DNA of 64,000 nt, from positions 85,377 to 149,376 of the forward strand of contig JAUVXJ010000003.1 in NCBI GenBank assembly GCA_030603665.1. Reading direction: 5' to 3'. The notes under the pieces were generated by a model. The model was not told the origin of the DNA. It searched no databases and saw only the letters and a program-made list of their open reading frames with translations. Source of the DNA: Chloroflexota bacterium (GTDB lineage Bacteria > Chloroflexota > Anaerolineae > UBA7937 > B3-Chlor). Position 1 is the first letter of the stretch, and each line of letters starts with the position of its first letter. Positions 27,307-37,424 of this stretch are shown piece after piece. The position numbers and the translations under genes are program-made.

Positions 27307-28120
27307 CAGCCTTGGTGTTCCTATGGCTTCTCTCCTTCATCTGTGGAGAGCCAGGGGAAACCACCACCCGAAAACCGAGGTAGCGGTTGTGATAGTCGGG
27401 AAAGCGGCTGATGCGATAGGCGCAGCGGACAACCCCACGACTGCCGTAGAACGCCCCGCCACGCACCACCCGGGAACCCTCCGCCTCAAGGTCCTCCCGG
27501 CCATCATCGGGATCGTAGGGGTAAGGCTTGTACAGGCCACTGCACCAGTCCAGGACATTACCTGCCATCTCGGCTACCCCATAAGGACTGTCTCCCGCAG
27601 GAGAGTAGTTGCCCATCGGTGTGGTGTCCCCGATGCCCGACTCCTCCTTAGAATTACACTTTGACTTGTCAAACTCATCGCCCCAGGGATACACTCTGCC
27701 ATCAGTTCCCCTGGCTGCCTTCTCCCACTCTGCCTCCGTGGGCAACCGTATCTCCTGTCCTGTTTCCTCGCCCAGCCAGGAGCAATAGGCGAGGGCATCG
27801 TGCCAACTGACGTAGATAACAGGGTAGCGATCGTACTGAGGGTTACCATAGTAAGACTCGCGAGTGTGAGACGAGGTCTCTTCAGGGGGCTGGCACGCGC
27901 TAGCCTCGACACATTCACGGTACTGGGCGTTGGTCACGGGATACCTGGCGATATAAAAGCCGTCAACGTCCACATAACGCGCTGGCTGCTCGCGCTGTGC
28001 CTTTCCCACATAACGCGCTGGCTGCTCGCGCTCCTCCCCATTGCTACCCATCAAGAAAGTGCCGGCAGGGATATATATCATCTCCGTGCCTCTGACTGTA
28101 ATCGTGCTAGGAAGATCCAT
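27299..28120 (-). CDS. formylglycine-generating-enzyme (FGE-sulfatase/SUMF1) domain protein
   Basis: YVSWHDALAYCSWLG...RLPTEAEWEKAARG...VVRGGAFYGS motifs. It contains a 36-nt in-frame tandem duplication (REQPARYVGKAQ/REQPARYVDVDG). Confidence 0.7.
   Translation of the reverse strand: MDLPSTITVRGTEMIYIPAGTFLMGSNGEEREQPARYVGKAQREQPARYVDVDGFYIARYPVTNAQYRECVEASACQPPEETSSHTRESYYGNPQYDRYPVIYVSWHDALAYCSWLGEETGQEIRLPTEAEWEKAARGTDGRVYPWGDEFDKSKCNSKEESGIGDTTPMGNYSPAGDSPYGVAEMAGNVLDWCSGLYKPYPYDPDDGREDLEAEGSRVVRGGAFYGSRGVVRCAYRISRFPDYHNRYLGFRVVVSPGSPQMKERSHRNTKAVE
27971..28042. repeat. 36-nt tandem duplication inside the FGE-domain gene
   Basis: cacataacgcgctggctgctcgcgct occurs twice, 36 nt apart. Confidence 0.6.
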
Positions 28121-28688
28121 CTTGACCTCCTCTCCACATATACTCGGATCTCATCTCCATGCCCTTGATAGCAATAGCGTAGCACAGCTTTGGATCAATC
28201 TCGACACTCATCAGCTATCACCTCTCTTCCGCGAGTCTTCTCGTTCGTAGTCTACGCTTTAGCGCATTTTCAAGGGGCTGACCCTTCGACTCCGCTCAGG
28301 GCACGAGCCCTCACTACGATCCCCCTCGTTTCACCTCCCCAAGACTCGTCCCCGGTAGCGCCGCTCCCCCTGGAAAGCTGCCCAGCACCTCCACGAAGCA
28401 TGGGGCGCCGAAGCCTCCGCAACCCAAAGCATCTGGCCGGCTCTCCTGGCCGAGGGGCCGACCCAGACCAGGCAGCCCTGATACCCCGTGCAGGTGGCGG
28501 CAGGCACCAAGCGAGTTCAAGAATGGGCTCGACCTAGGTCAATGGGAGTGACCCCGCACAGACGTCGGAGTGATCGTCTTGAGTGCCTGTTGACCCCGAC
28601 CGCCCCTAGGGCTCCAAAGAACTGTCGCTCTCCGCAAGAGCACCACCGCCGAGCCAAGGGCGAATCTCCCTTGACGCCCCGAGGCGCT

Positions 28689-28958
28689 CTAAGACCGCAC
28701 CATGGAGCGAACCGCAGAAGACGATGCATTTGTGGCCGCATCGAAGGCCACCTTCTCATTGACCGACGAGTAGGCGACGACGCCCAGTTGCGGGGCAGCT
28801 TGGATTAGCGTCTCCACGATCTCTGTGGAGGGTGTTCCCGGATAGCTGGCCACGACCTGCACACCGGCCTCAATCGCTCCTCTGGCAATGGCCTCGTTGC
28901 CAATCGCCAGCAAACGGGTCCCAGGATCATCCCTGAACAGTACTTCTCTATTCATCAA
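28689..28958 (-). pseudogene. N-terminal fragment of an iorA paralog
   Basis: MMNREVLFRDDPGTRLLAIGNEAIARGAIEAGVQVVASYPGTPSTEIVETLIQAAP aligns to the IorA N-terminus, and is ~85% identical at the nucleotide level to 23908-24177. Confidence 0.6.
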
Positions 28959-29124
28959 GGCCTCCCACTGGACAACAATGATCAGGCGCAGAGACTGGCA
29001 TCCGTGCCAGTCCAGCTTTCAAAGATCCGTGTGGGCCCACCGTGCAAGGATCGGTTCCCTTTGAGGGAGCCCTGACACTCCGACCGACCAAGCGTGCGCG
29101 TTTTTCGTGGCAGGAGCGCTGGCC

Positions 29125-29538
29125 CTAGTGACTGCGATGAAAGATCCGCGCGACGTCTGGGTCCAGGAATTGCTCGATCTCAACGGAATATCCGCCTGGG
29201 TCCTGGCAGTTGAAGCCTCGCACCTGAACCTCATCGTCTTGTCTTACCTCGGTTAGCATCTTGACTCCTTTGCTAGTCAAGTACTCGTACCACCAGGGCA
29301 CATCGTCAACGACGAGCCCAATGAGGACGGCGTTCTTTTCTTGAGCGTTGTGAAAGCCTTTCTTCTCGTCGACGATTGCCAGATATGCGTCCCCTATGAT
29401 GCGATAGACCTTCGCCCAGTCGTAGTCCTCAACCAGCTCGAGTCCGATAATGCTTTCGTAGAATTCTGAAACTGGAGCAAGGTCACGATAGTACAGAAAG
29501 ATGATCTGAGATTTCACTTGCTGCTTGTCCTGATTCAT
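29125..29538 (-). CDS. VOC-family protein, paralog 2
   Basis: Start at MNQDKQQVKSQIIFLYYRDLAPVSEFYESIIGLELVEDYDWAKVYRI... Confidence 0.6.
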   Translation of the reverse strand: MNQDKQQVKSQIIFLYYRDLAPVSEFYESIIGLELVEDYDWAKVYRIIGDAYLAIVDEKKGFHNAQEKNAVLIGLVVDDVPWWYEYLTSKGVKMLTEVRQDDEVQVRGFNCQDPGGYSVEIEQFLDPDVARIFHRSH

Positions 29539-29740
29539 ATCGACTCCTTTGTTTGGAATCTGGCTTCTCGCTCGGCGTGCCCATGAGCGGGTGCTGAAGT
29601 CAACCAGTGAGCCTGGAACAATTCGGCCCAGATCCGTTGACAGGGTGCCACGAGCCACGAGGAGCACGAGACCCGCCAGAATCGTGAGCAGCCACTGCCA
29701 CCATAACCGGGAAGCTGTTAGGCGACGTTGGCCACAACAA

Positions 29741-30058
29741 CTAGACTTCACTCATTAGCTCAAAGCTCCTAGCGCTGCCATGCTGGCAATGTCCTATAGG
29801 CCTGCCTCCTTTGTCTCTGATTTCCCCAATCATCGTGATCACGTTGCCCGCTGGATCGGGACAGATGACGGGGTAACGTCTTCGACAGTCAACACCTGGT
29901 TCACATGGTCTAGCAGTCGCTGAATGATCCCGCTCGGTGAGGGATGCACCGTGGAGATCTTCAAGAGGGCCACCTCGCCCCGCAGCCCGGTGTGTCAACC
30001 GCTTCCCCCGATACTCGTCGAACTGGTAGCGCTCCAAGACCTCTCCAGCATAGCGCAA
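29741..30058 (-). pseudogene. second internal fragment of an iorA paralog
   Basis: MRYAGEVLERYQFDEYRGKR... corresponds to IorA LRQAGEVFERYEFDVYQGMG.... Flanking nucleotide homology to the 25.5-26.0 kb copy is also present. Confidence 0.45.
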
Positions 30059-30334
30059 CTCCTCCGAGATGTCGAAAGCACGTTGGGGTATTTCACTATC
30101 GTGTTGAATTCATGTTGAGCGAGGCTACTAGAGTAGTCCATCAAGAGTGCGGTAGAAGTCTGCAAGCTCAACGCTATTGTTCCGAGAATGCTCATATGCT
30201 GGCCGAAGCGGCTCTGAAACCGCCTCAGACTCGCTATTGGATGACACCACAACCCGCTCACGGTGGGGGCCAGTTGTGGCAAAGTGTCGAGAACAGGCTT
30301 GGTGATACTCGTAGCGGAGTCTCTTCGTTCAACC

Positions 30335-31162
30335 TCAGCGTGCCTCTGCCAGTCCGTCTCCCAGCAGATTGATGCCGAGCACGATTAGCATGATCGCCAG
30401 ACCCGGAAAGACGGCGTTCCACCACGCGGTGCTGAAGACCTGTCTTCCTTCGCTCAACATCTGCCCCAGGGTGGGCATGGGAGGTTGCACACCCAACCCT
30501 AGGAAGCTCAACGCAGCCTCAGCCAGAATCATGATCGATACGTTGACCGTAACAATTACGAGAATGGTCGGCATCACGTTGGGGAAGATGTGGCGGGTGA
30601 TAATGTGAAACGGAGTCGCGCCAATAGAACGAGCTGCGTCCACAAACTCCTTCTCCTTCAACACCAGGGCCTCGCCCCGAGCCACTCTAGCATATTGGAC
30701 CCAGCTGACAAACCCCAGTACTGCGATCAAATTGAGCAAGCCTCGACCTAGAAAAGCAATTACGGCGATGGCAAGGAAGATCACAGGGAAGCTAAGTTGG
30801 GTGTCCGCCAGCCGCATCAGGATGCCATCTACCTTGCCTCCGAAGAAACCAGAGACAATCCCGAGCACGGTGCCGAAGGTCCCACCAACAAGAACAGAGC
30901 CAACACCAACGATCAATGAGATTCTCAATCCATAGATGATGCGGGTAAACAGGTCTCGCCCTAAGTGGTCGGTCCCCAGTAGGTAAGTGATGTCGCCGTC
31001 TGGATACCAGAAAGGCGGAGTCAACGCTTTCGGAAGGTTCTGCTCTTTGTAGCTGTGCGGTGCCACCAGCGGGGCAAATAGAGCCGTGAACGCCAAAAGC
31101 AATGTGATCATCAGGCCAAACATTGCGGTTCTGTTCCGGGCAAATCTTTTGATCCCCTTCAT
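30335..31162 (-). CDS. ABC transporter permease (oligopeptide/dipeptide DppC/OppC-like)
   Basis: 275 aa, 6 TM. N-terminal KRFARNRTAMFGL and the EAA-like loop are typical of DppC. Confidence 0.8.
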   Translation of the reverse strand: MKGIKRFARNRTAMFGLMITLLLAFTALFAPLVAPHSYKEQNLPKALTPPFWYPDGDITYLLGTDHLGRDLFTRIIYGLRISLIVGVGSVLVGGTFGTVLGIVSGFFGGKVDGILMRLADTQLSFPVIFLAIAVIAFLGRGLLNLIAVLGFVSWVQYARVARGEALVLKEKEFVDAARSIGATPFHIITRHIFPNVMPTILVIVTVNVSIMILAEAALSFLGLGVQPPMPTLGQMLSEGRQVFSTAWWNAVFPGLAIMLIVLGINLLGDGLAEAR

Positions 31163-31175
31163 TGTTTCATACCTC

Positions 31176-32093
31176 CTACTGGTACCTTATCCTTGGGTCC
31201 AGGTAGCAGTACGAAACGTCAACAGCAAAGTTAATGAAGGTGATGATAATGGCCATCACGAGTACGTCAGCCCGTACCAGCGGCAGGTCGCGGGCGTTGA
31301 TGGCCTGATACATCAGCCAACCCACCCCGGGCCAAGCGAAAACGGTTTCAACGATCACTGAGCCACCGATCAATGAGCCGAGGTGTAAACCGATCACTGT
31401 CACCGTTGGAATCAGAGCATTTCTCAGGGCATGGCGGTAGTTGACGGCCCTTTCTTCTAGCCCCTTGGCACGGGCGGTTGTAATGTAGTCCTGGCTCAGC
31501 GCCTCCAGCATGCAACGCCGCACAAGCCTGGTGATCATTCCGATGTGCGAGGCAGCCAAGGTGACGGCCGGCAGAATGAGAGAGGATGGACTGTCTTTCC
31601 CCGAGGGAGGCAGCCAACGAAGTCTCTCGGCGAATAGGAGAATCAACAAGATGCCCAGCCAAAACTGGGGAGTCGAGATTCCCAGCAAGGACATGCCCGT
31701 TGCCAAGTCGTCTAGAACGGTGCCTCTCCTGGTCGCCGACATGATGCCGAGAGGCACAGCGACAGCCACGGCAATGATCACACTGGTTACGGCCAATATG
31801 AAAGTAGCTGGTAGCCGCGCCAGCACCAGTCCCAGGGAATCTTGCCTGTATTTGAAGGAGTGTCCGAGATCTCCGTGCAGGGCGTTTCTGACGAACAAGA
31901 TGTACTGGATGTAGAGCGGCTGATCCAGGCCGTAGTAGGCTTTGATGGACACCACATCTGCAGGCCGGGCAACCAGAGGAACCATGGTGCTGACCGGATC
32001 ACCCGACAGATATATCAAGACGAAGATGCCGATACTCACGGCGAACAGCACAGCAATGGACTGCAGGAACCGCCATACGATGAATCGCAACAT
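31176..32093 (-). CDS. ABC transporter permease (DppB/OppB-like)
   Basis: 305 aa. N-terminus MLRFIVWRFLQSIAVLF... is typical of DppB. Confidence 0.8.
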   Translation of the reverse strand: MLRFIVWRFLQSIAVLFAVSIGIFVLIYLSGDPVSTMVPLVARPADVVSIKAYYGLDQPLYIQYILFVRNALHGDLGHSFKYRQDSLGLVLARLPATFILAVTSVIIAVAVAVPLGIMSATRRGTVLDDLATGMSLLGISTPQFWLGILLILLFAERLRWLPPSGKDSPSSLILPAVTLAASHIGMITRLVRRCMLEALSQDYITTARAKGLEERAVNYRHALRNALIPTVTVIGLHLGSLIGGSVIVETVFAWPGVGWLMYQAINARDLPLVRADVLVMAIIITFINFAVDVSYCYLDPRIRYQ

Positions 32094-32199
32094 GTCTGAG
32101 CCTGCCTGTCAATAGCCTCTTGCGCAAGTAGCCTGCAGGTCTACTGCCCCTGCATCATTTCAATAGCGCCCGCGGGACAATAGTATTAGTAGAGACAAC

Positions 32200-32970
32200 A
32201 ACCGGTGCACGCTCTTTCGTTCATCACAATCCGAGGGCCGTGCTCGGACAGGGCCAGACTCTCAGCAGCAGTCTTCTCCAGACAGATTCCGTCACACTTA
32301 CGGCAATTCTGCTAATCAGCGATGGATGCCTTCAGCGCGTGCAGGACTACTTCGTTGCCTTCGACGGAAGATTCCAGGGCACACCCTCTGATCTCGTGGC
32401 AGTCGCAGTAGCCATACTAGTTCAGTCAGTCTTCCAGGCCCGCCACACAGCCTGAAACATCCTGCAAACCACTCACGTAAACGGTGGAGCAAATGCTCAC
32501 AGCGCGCGCCCAACATCAGTCGCTCGACGATATGTTGCCAGGTCATCACTCCTCCGCCGCTGATGAGGGGTAGATCCACAGTCTTGGAGAGTATGGCGGT
32601 GTATTTCAAAGCGATGGGATTCAGTTCTGGCCCGGCAATCGCCGATAGCGCCTGGGTCTCGAGGCCCAGATAGATGGGTCGCCCACCGCGGGTGATATCC
32701 ACGCCGCGCAAGACCCCAAGCGTGTTGATGGCACCGTGGGGCGTCGGCGCTATTGGCTTTGCAGGCCTGGGCGACGCCGACCACATCTGGGGCTCTCGGC
32801 GATAGCTTGCCGATGACAGGGATATCTGCCGCCTGCTTTACCGCCTCAATGCTATGATCGCGGGTAGCTGGCATCCGCGGACCGGACAGGAAGCCAACTA
32901 CCCGCTTATCTGCCTGGTGCCTGCAGAAAGTACGAGTGTACCTGGCTATTGCAGGCTCCAACGGCGGCAT
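32200..32970 (-). pseudogene. degraded DHODH-like/PreA-like dehydrogenase gene (frameshifted) lying between the substrate-binding protein and permease genes
   Basis: Two overlapping minus-frame ORFs carry ...DIPVIGKLSPRAPDVVGVAQACKANSADA and ...ALKYTAILSKTVDLPLISGGGVMTWQHIVERLMLGARC. These match PreA-like paralog 1 at 35266-36474 (KIPVIAKVSPYVIDVSLLGLAAKQGGADG; YYTIVLAKNVGLPLSSVGGIMDWEIAVQRLMVGATT). Confidence 0.5.
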
Positions 32971-32982
32971 CGACCATAAGCA

Positions 32983-34650
32983 TTAGGCTTTGTAGCAGCC
33001 CTCGCCCTCGCGCAGCCAGAATCTACCATTCGGATGAGGGTAGAAGTCATGTACGCTGTCCCGCACAGCGTAGATGACCTGCGTTTCAGCTACGTAGATA
33101 AAGGGCGCCTCATCATAGAGGATCTGTCTGAGTTGGCGCACCTTCAGGTCCCGTTCCTCGTTATCAAAAGTAGCCAGAGCCTCCTCATAGAGGGCGTCCC
33201 ACTCCGGGTTCTCGTAACCGTACCAGCCGGCTCCCTCACCTTTGGAGTAGACGCACATGCTCATCGACACGAAGGCGCTGCCCTGATCGCCATAGCCGAT
33301 CAAACCGGCATCAAAGACCGGGGGTTTCTGGATGAACTCGCCGATGTAGGCTCCCCAGTCCAGGAGGTTCAGCTCGGCTGTTACCCCAATTGCCTCCAGT
33401 TGGCTGGCTATGGCCTCCAGAGTTGCCTGGTCCTTGAAGTAGCGATTGTTGGGGCCGGAGAGCGTGAACTTAAAGCCGTTGGGATAACCAGCCTGCTCTA
33501 GCAGGCTGCGTGCCTTGTCCGGATCATAGGGATATGGCTTCAAGTCGGGATCGTACCCCTCGTGCGCTGAGGTGAGGTAACCCACTTGAGGCTCGCCGGC
33601 GCCCATCATGATATATTGGACTATGGCCTCCCTGTCAATGGCATAGTTCATCGCTTGACGGACCTTGACGTTGTTGAAGGGCTCCCGAAAACAGTTCAAC
33701 TCGATGTACGCCGACATCTCCATGGGCGCGCGGAGGATTTGGATACCGCCAGCGTCCTCCAATTCGGGGATTCTGCCCACCGGTACCTGGTCGATGACGT
33801 CGACCCGTCCGGTCTTCAGTTCTACGATCCGGGTAGCGTCTTCCACGATCGGCCGCAAGACCACGCTGGCCAGCTTGGGCGGACCCATCCAGTAGTCCTC
33901 GTTGGCCTCCATGACCAGCTTTTCGCCCGGCGTCCACTCCACGAACTTGAAAGCCCCGGTGCCGACTGCCACGTTGACGACATCGTCGCCCAATTCCGCG
34001 ATGGCTTTGGGCGACATGATCCGGAAGTTCTCAGGGGTAAACTCCACTATTGGTCCCAGGGGGATTTGTGTGGTCCACTTGACCGTGTACTCGTCCACGA
34101 CCTCACAACTCTTGAAGTAGCGGGTGAAGCGCTCCCCCCCGGTAGGGGCCCCTGTCGCTGGATCGGCGAAGCGCTTGAAGTTGTAATCCAGGACGTCGGC
34201 ATTGAACTTCTCCCCATTGTGAAACTCTACCCCTTCCTGCAGGTGTAGTAGCCAGGTCACCTCATCTACATTCTCCCACGTGTGGGCAAGGTGGGGGACC
34301 AATTCGCCCGTATGGAGTCGCTGTGACACGCTCTCTATCATGTGGCCCACCATCATTATCCCACTAAGTGACGTTTGGACATCCATGGTGTCTATGCCCG
34401 CACTCTGCGCGACGATGAGCTCTCCGGAGGGGAACTGGGGCGCAGGGGTAGCTGGCACACTGGTCGGTGTGGGGACCACAGCCTTTGTCGCTTGGGGCGC
34501 CTCTGTCGCTTGAGGCGCCTCCGTCGGCGCACAGGCAACGCCCATAGCCGCCAGTGCACTGCCGGAAGCGAGCCCCGCCATCAGGCGGAGAAACGTCCGC
34601 CGGTCTATCTGCCCAGAGCGAAACAACTCCTGAACTTCTCCCTCGTCCAT
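32983..34650 (-). CDS. ABC transporter substrate-binding protein, family 5 (peptide/nickel type), Tat signal
   Basis: 555 aa. RRTFLRLMAG twin-arginine motif and the Thr/Pro linker support the call. SD AAGGAGG is 8 nt upstream. Confidence 0.8.
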   Translation of the reverse strand: MDEGEVQELFRSGQIDRRTFLRLMAGLASGSALAAMGVACAPTEAPQATEAPQATKAVVPTPTSVPATPAPQFPSGELIVAQSAGIDTMDVQTSLSGIMMVGHMIESVSQRLHTGELVPHLAHTWENVDEVTWLLHLQEGVEFHNGEKFNADVLDYNFKRFADPATGAPTGGERFTRYFKSCEVVDEYTVKWTTQIPLGPIVEFTPENFRIMSPKAIAELGDDVVNVAVGTGAFKFVEWTPGEKLVMEANEDYWMGPPKLASVVLRPIVEDATRIVELKTGRVDVIDQVPVGRIPELEDAGGIQILRAPMEMSAYIELNCFREPFNNVKVRQAMNYAIDREAIVQYIMMGAGEPQVGYLTSAHEGYDPDLKPYPYDPDKARSLLEQAGYPNGFKFTLSGPNNRYFKDQATLEAIASQLEAIGVTAELNLLDWGAYIGEFIQKPPVFDAGLIGYGDQGSAFVSMSMCVYSKGEGAGWYGYENPEWDALYEEALATFDNEERDLKVRQLRQILYDEAPFIYVAETQVIYAVRDSVHDFYPHPNGRFWLREGEGCYKA

Positions 34651-34678
34651 CTTCTCGTCCTCCTTATGCTAAGCTAAG

Positions 34679-34693
34679 GTGTATTGAATACAC
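34679..34693. promoter_or_regulatory. palindromic operator-like site GTGTATTgAATACAC upstream of the substrate-binding protein gene
   Basis: Perfect 7-bp arms around one central nt, 29 nt upstream of the ATG. It fits the GntR-type t.GT-N-AC.a pattern. Confidence 0.35.
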
Positions 34694-35265
34694 TGTATCC
34701 GTCGGGGTGTGCCGGATCCTCCTGGAGATCGTCGGTCTCCGCTGGTGCTTTGGGTATGGAGGAAGGCGATTCCCCCAGCGTTGCACTATCCTCCACAATC
34801 CTCCTGTGGCTTGACCTCACCTCCTTCCCCACGGCCCGAGTCATGGCAGCAGCGCAATCGCCAGTTCCGGAGACCGATCGCCACGCTTGAATCTCCTGCC
34901 TCCAACCCGAGTCTTTCCAGATCGCAAGCGGTGATCGTCTCACCGGGTCCTCTGCCGGTCAGTTCAAAGACTCGGCCCGCCAATCGACTGGCTGAAGAGC
35001 GCCCGAACCCAAAGTGGCGCAGTTCTCCAAGCGATGAACTGGCGCATCGCCACCGGTACCGCGGAGGGTGGCCCTGACAGCGCAGGGCAATGAACGCCCC
35101 ACGATCCGACAATTGGATCTTGCTCCCAGGCACGCATCGGGCAGACACCCCTTCGACCACCGATTCGCACAGCCGCCACCGAGAAGAAACGTCGGATTCA
35201 TCTGTGGCCTGCTGGCCGTGTCGTCTATTGTATGCCATCGCTGAGAGCTTGATGGCCAGCTGCTC

Positions 35266-36474
35266 TCACTTCTGGACGTCGATTCTGACCGCCCCCTCCG
35301 GAGCGTACCAGTAACACAGCGAACAACCAGTGCACGCGTCCTGGTCAATCACCGGCACACCACCCTGCATGGTAAGCGCCAGGCAATCTCCTTGAACCCG
35401 CTCTACGACTTCGTCCCAGCCATTCCAGGAAGTGTCAGTGATAACCGCCTTGAGTGGATGGAAGACCAGCTGTTCTCGGTCTACGATATAGGGCAACCCG
35501 AGGCCTATGATGTCCGCCGGACTGCGATAGCCGTATTCATCTAGAAAGCGGTTCATCCCCGCCACGCAATCCGTAACTGCTTTCAGGCCATTGAGATAGA
35601 CCGTAGAGCAGAGCTGCGCGGTAGTCGCCCCGACCATCAACCGCTGCACCGCAATCTCCCAATCCATGATGCCCCCAACGCTGGAGAGGGGTAATCCCAC
35701 GTTCTTGGCGAGGACGATTGTGTAATATGGCGACACATGGGTCGAAGGTGCGCCCATGGGCCCTGAAAGGGATTGGGCAGGCGTCCCGTCCTCCAATTCT
35801 ATACCGGGGAAGATCGGCTTTCCTCCGTTGCGGATGTCCACACCGGCAAAGCCACCCGCCCTAGCGGCGGCCGTAAGGCCATCAGCACCGCCTTGTTTGG
35901 CAGCCAACCCCAGAAGGCTCACGTCGATGACATAAGGCGATACCTTCGCGATCACCGGAATCTTCACCGCATCCTTCAGGGCTCTGGTCATTGCGCCGAC
36001 GAGTTCCGGATACTGGCCAATGCTATCGCCAGTGAAGACAGGGATGCCATCTTCTTCCTCGTGATAGATGTGGGCGCTGAGGGGAATCTCAAGCATGTCG
36101 GCGCCGGCCTTTTCCAGAGCCAGCCCGGCCTCCACCCAACTGTCTGCAAAGTAGGATTTGCCATTCACGTTGGCTATGATCGGGATATGCAGTTCCTTCT
36201 TCGCCGTCTTGATGAGATCTACGCCTTCCTCCAGGGTCAGGCGCCGGTCACCGCCCGCCACGGTCCAGGCGCCGTTGCCCAACATCACAGACCGGTAGGG
36301 TTGGCGGTCCACCCGCGGGGGGACAGCGTTGGAGGCCAGCTTGGTGACAATGCCACCGGCACCTGCTTCCTCCAAGCGTCGCAACTTGGTCGGATGGTTG
36401 GTAAGGGAGGAAGAGGCGATCAACACAGGGTTCTTGAACTCCACACCAGCAAACTCCACTCCTAGATTGGCCAC
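35266..36474 (-). CDS. DHODH-fold FMN-dependent dehydrogenase with C-terminal 2x[4Fe-4S] ferredoxin domain (PreA-like), paralog 1
   Basis: 402 aa with a TIM-barrel DHODH-like core and C-terminal ...IDQDACTGCSLCYWYAPEGA. A Ser (IPLSAH) replaces the active-site Cys of paralogs 2 and 3. Confidence 0.65.
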   Translation of the reverse strand: MANLGVEFAGVEFKNPVLIASSSLTNHPTKLRRLEEAGAGGIVTKLASNAVPPRVDRQPYRSVMLGNGAWTVAGGDRRLTLEEGVDLIKTAKKELHIPIIANVNGKSYFADSWVEAGLALEKAGADMLEIPLSAHIYHEEEDGIPVFTGDSIGQYPELVGAMTRALKDAVKIPVIAKVSPYVIDVSLLGLAAKQGGADGLTAAARAGGFAGVDIRNGGKPIFPGIELEDGTPAQSLSGPMGAPSTHVSPYYTIVLAKNVGLPLSSVGGIMDWEIAVQRLMVGATTAQLCSTVYLNGLKAVTDCVAGMNRFLDEYGYRSPADIIGLGLPYIVDREQLVFHPLKAVITDTSWNGWDEVVERVQGDCLALTMQGGVPVIDQDACTGCSLCYWYAPEGAVRIDVQK

Positions 36475-36576
36475 GGACAGCCTCCTTTCGCCAATTGGCG
36501 ACTTTCTTGTGTGGCTTGTTGGCAGTCACCCCCCCGGCGATTGTCAGGCAAGCCACGGGTCGCAATAGCCTAGTGA

Positions 36577-37299
36577 CTATGTTGCAGGTATCTTGTCATT
36601 GCCAGCATAGCCAGACCTTTCAAGGACTTCTCTGACCATGCGAAAGTGCTCGCGCATCGCTTCCTGTGCTTGTTCCTTATCCCCATTCTTGACCGCCTCA
36701 AAGATCTCCCTATGGCCCTCGAACGATAGCTCAGTGCTCCCCGGCGGTTCACTAGTTACTCGTCTGCTTTCCCGTAACAACTCTGCAAGCGGATTCAGCA
36801 GGATAGGCAACACCTCATTGTGCGCCCCCCTCGTGAGCAAGTCGTGGAATCGCAGATCTTCTTCAACATACTCACCCGGCGAATCAAGGACTTCAGCCTC
36901 ACGGCGCAGGGCTTTCTCTATCTCCTCCCGCTCCTCATCCGTTGCCCTCTCCGCCGCCAATCCTGCAATTTCGACCTCAAGGATCTCCCGAACTTCCAGC
37001 AGAGCCATAAGAGAGCTCTCGGTCATCCTAAGGTGAAGTGTGAGCGACTCCGTGACGCTATCCATCGATGGTTCGACAATATACACACCACTGCCATGCT
37101 TGACCTCGACCAATCCTCTTTCCTCCAGGGCCCTGATCGCCTCCCTGATCACCGTTCGGCTCACGCCAAACTCGTTGATCAATTCACGTTCCGGGGGCAG
37201 CTTGTCGCCGGGCCGTAGCTGCTGACGTACGATGAGGTCCTGAATCTGGGCCAGTACATCGACGTACAGCCTGTCCCGCCTTACTTCATGGTATTCCAT
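36577..37299 (-). CDS. GntR-family transcriptional regulator (FadR/FCD subfamily)
   Basis: wHTH PPERELINEFGVSRTVIREAIRALEERGLVEVKHGSGVYIV plus a C-terminal FCD-like helical domain. Start chosen at MEYHEVRRDR (ATG 37299). The upstream ATG 37368 sits directly on a TATAAT and operator repeats. Confidence 0.75.
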   Translation of the reverse strand: MEYHEVRRDRLYVDVLAQIQDLIVRQQLRPGDKLPPERELINEFGVSRTVIREAIRALEERGLVEVKHGSGVYIVEPSMDSVTESLTLHLRMTESSLMALLEVREILEVEIAGLAAERATDEEREEIEKALRREAEVLDSPGEYVEEDLRFHDLLTRGAHNEVLPILLNPLAELLRESRRVTSEPPGSTELSFEGHREIFEAVKNGDKEQAQEAMREHFRMVREVLERSGYAGNDKIPAT

Positions 37300-37368
37300 C
37301 CGAGGTTCCCCATTCCCGTCGAATGAACTCGAACCAGTATCCGCCCCAGCCAACCCAACAAAGGTCAT

Positions 37369-37407
37369 ATGGTTAGATGGTTACATGGTGATATGGTCAT
37401 TATACCA
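37369..37407. promoter_or_regulatory. four ATGGT direct repeats (8-bp period) ending in a TGGTcattatACCA inverted repeat; minus-strand TATAAT embedded
   Basis: The sequence is atggttagatggttacatggtgatatggtcattatacca. TGGT-N6-ACCA fits GntR/FadR-type operators. The reverse complement of attata (37399-37404) gives a -10 for the GntR gene. Confidence 0.35.
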
Positions 37408-37424
37408 CTTTCTCTATCGCTTGT

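Noticed and set aside
37300-37368. Upstream ATG (37368) as the GntR start
   Set aside because: It lies immediately after a TATAAT/operator with no SD and would add a 23-aa low-complexity leader. ATG 37299 gives a standard GntR N-terminus.
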